DNA of 53,490 nt, counting the filler, from Sphacelaria rigidula (taxonomy: Eukaryota), in assembly GCA_964200075.2 (NCBI GenBank). It is 5 parts of 5 records of this genome, joined end to end, with 100 filler letters (N's around TTAATTAATTAA, not from the genome) between each part and the next. Parts side by side here need not be neighbours in the genome. Positions count along the whole stretch, not along the records: positions 42,875 to 53,490 come from CAXNAA020006189.1; 4 more parts are not named here. One strand, 5' to 3'. Within the stretch, counting starts at the first letter, position 1, and every line of letters starts with the position of its first letter. A model generated the notes under the pieces. It did not search any database, was not told the DNA's origin, and saw only the letters and a list, made by a program, of their open reading frames with translations. A program made the position numbers and the translations under genes. Below, piece after piece: positions 51,136 to 53,490 of this stretch.

Positions 51136-53400
51136 GTCCAACGCGCGTTCACTTGATCGATATCCCGCACATATTGCTCGTATTCCCGTAAAAACTCGGC
51201 TGATTTTTCGCTCGAAAAACTATGGTCGTAGTACGGCACCTCCAGAGCCAGACAGGAACAACACGACCATCGACGATGGCATATAGCTGCGCCTTATCAT
51301 TTTGAACAGTCGAACGGGCTTCGCCGCTACCTCCACGCTGCTCATCAGGCACCGAGCCACCACGACATGTGCACATCATGGACAACCACAAAGCAGCACC
51401 TCAACAGCTCAACAGCGGTTCAGAAAAACCGGCGTTGTTTCTCAATCACAGAAGACGCGCTTGGCGACAATGGCCACAGCCCCTCTTTCTCACGCAGGTC
51501 TCACCACGTTCTGGAAGTCCTTCGACTGACACAAACAGATTTGTCACTTGATACAAACAGAATGTGTTGGCCGAAGTTGTTGTCAACATTACGTAGGGTT
51601 AGTCACCATCTCGTACAGTCGGTACGAGCCCACGCATCTCGTGGTTTTCACTTATTTTCACGCTAACAGTAGCAATCAATATATTCTGCAGTCAGTACGT
51701 GCAAACCGCACAAATATGATTCGACTGTGTTCCTGCGCGAACAAGAGTAGACGAGATTTACTTCATTTAGCATACAGCAGTATATTGAAAACTGCCCCAC
51801 CCTAGGTCGTCACCAGATACCATTCATATTAGTACCATTCGAGCAAAAACTCGCATATGCCTCCCAAAATTCCACTCAGCATATGAAAATCCGCACATGC
51901 ATGCTAATATTTCACTCAGCACATGCAATGCCACCTTCCTCGCAGCAAACACCATGCATCGGTCGTGCCCACAAGATCAGCGCAACAAACACACGCCAAA
52001 TACCCACGTGTACGCCAGAGTTTCACTTTGCACACGCGATACGATCATACTCGCTCGACAACCATGTTTCATGCGCAAAGATGACCACAAACCACACAAT
52101 AACAAGCTGCAATCATTCTCAAAACGATTCGCGGATACCAGTCATGACGTGTTTCCTCATTCTCAACAAGCACTCGATCACCACAGCACTTGCTCCTCAA
52201 CATCATCATCCAACTCGGCGCTCACCACAACAGCAAACACCTCAGGTAATGCCTTCTTTGTAGTCCTCCGGCGCGCTCCTGAGAAACAGCAGCATTCAAA
52301 CCATAACCCCGTGCACAGCGGATAGTAGCGTTTCCACTCGAATACTCGCTCCTCGCGCAATGAGTCCAGCTACAGCTCGCACCCTCGTGGAGCTGCTCAG
52401 CTCGCCACTAAACCATATATCCGCACCGCCGAACCAATGCGACAGGTCACCTGCTTCCACAGATGCTCGCGCATTCACGAACGCTCGTCCTTCAGTCGCT
52501 TTTTCAGAAGAAACAATAGGCAAAACGGGAACATCCGTACAGTCCCGCACAGCAACACCTCCTGATGGCATCATGCCATCCTCCTCCAGAACCTGATCGT
52601 ACAGCGGCGAAGACACCTCCGCCATCGCCGCCAAACACGCCAAAACTATCCATGCATACAGCGGCGCACACGACCATCCCAGCACCACGCCACGCTCGTC
52701 CTCGCCGTCAGAATTGTGATCGCTAACAGCATCACGAGCTTGCAGCTCGCTCTGCATACCCGCTTCACGCGGGTCACACGCCCCTATTGTTTCGATCATG
52801 CAAGGCGTGTCCACAGCTACGCGCTCCTCCCGCGGCAATTCCGCCAACCCGGCATCCACCTGTCCTTCAAGCAGACACTCCTGCGAATCATCCGAACGAT
52901 CTCCCGTCATGTCACTGGCGCAGATAGATTAACCATAAGCACGGCAAGCTCCTTGCTCACCCTGCTTGCTTGCAATGCGCAAACAACACCCCCCTTCAGC
53001 TTCGAGCATGCAATAAGTATCTCCAGCTACGCGCTGGTCCGGCGGCAACAAGCAACGGGGACCTCCGCCCAACAGTACTCGCTCATTGGCCCATGTAGGC
53101 CTCGCCCTCTCAACATCGCCAGCAGCAGCAGCAATATCACCCATACTTGCCACAGACGCCACCTCCTGTCCGGCTTGCTTCTCGACGGCAATAGTGGCAA
53201 CGCCTCTAGCACTCTCGTGCCTGCGCACTCGGACAGGCCTGTGTTGTGTCGCCGTCTTGCCCTCTAAAGTGTTGTGTCTCTTACGAAACTCTTACGAAAC
53301 CCGTCAAAATGGCGTGCCTGTCTCCATCGCTGCCGACCTTCACACCATCTTGCACCACACTCGGCGATGCATAAGATGCATGCTTGTGCAGCGCAAATTG
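51136..53400 (-). mobile_element. Family X tandem copies (body and tail 53400-51610, then the head of the next unit 51540-51136)
   Basis: Reverse-complement similarity to 43420-45130 and then to 42910-43300. Confidence 0.8.
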
Positions 53401-53490
53401 TTCGATTCTGTGTTCGAGAAGAATCGAGCTCTTGTGCAGAAGCGGATAGGAATTTTTCAGATCTGGATCGCGGTTGAAGTATCTTGAAGT

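Overview
Eukaryotic, repeat-rich DNA, most likely from a brown alga (Phaeophyceae). The evidence is EsV-1-7 repeats, a GGA/FxxN 'polymorphic outer membrane protein'-like gene, GT-AG introns and WVDD-type Gypsy elements. The window is not one locus: five contigs of 10620, 10618, 10618, 10618 and 10616 bp are joined by an artificial N44-TTAATTAATTAA-N44 linker. Contig 1: LTR-element remnant, an 18-unit EsV-1-7 repeat pseudogene, and a decayed Ty3/Gypsy element interrupted by a Stowaway-like MITE. Contig 2: 5' exons of a calponin/transgelin-like gene and a complete five-exon gene for a secreted Cys-rich protein. Contig 3: unusual 42-43 bp-period arrays of conserved palindromic motifs with largely unique spacers, plus POMP-like exons. 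Contig 4: mostly decayed transposon- or virus-like fragments. Contig 5: nested Gypsy and gag-only elements. The most interesting signals are the motif/spacer arrays (21890-22289 and 24849-25793) and a short poly(A)-less retroposon that inserts next to C-runs with 11-13 bp target-site duplications.
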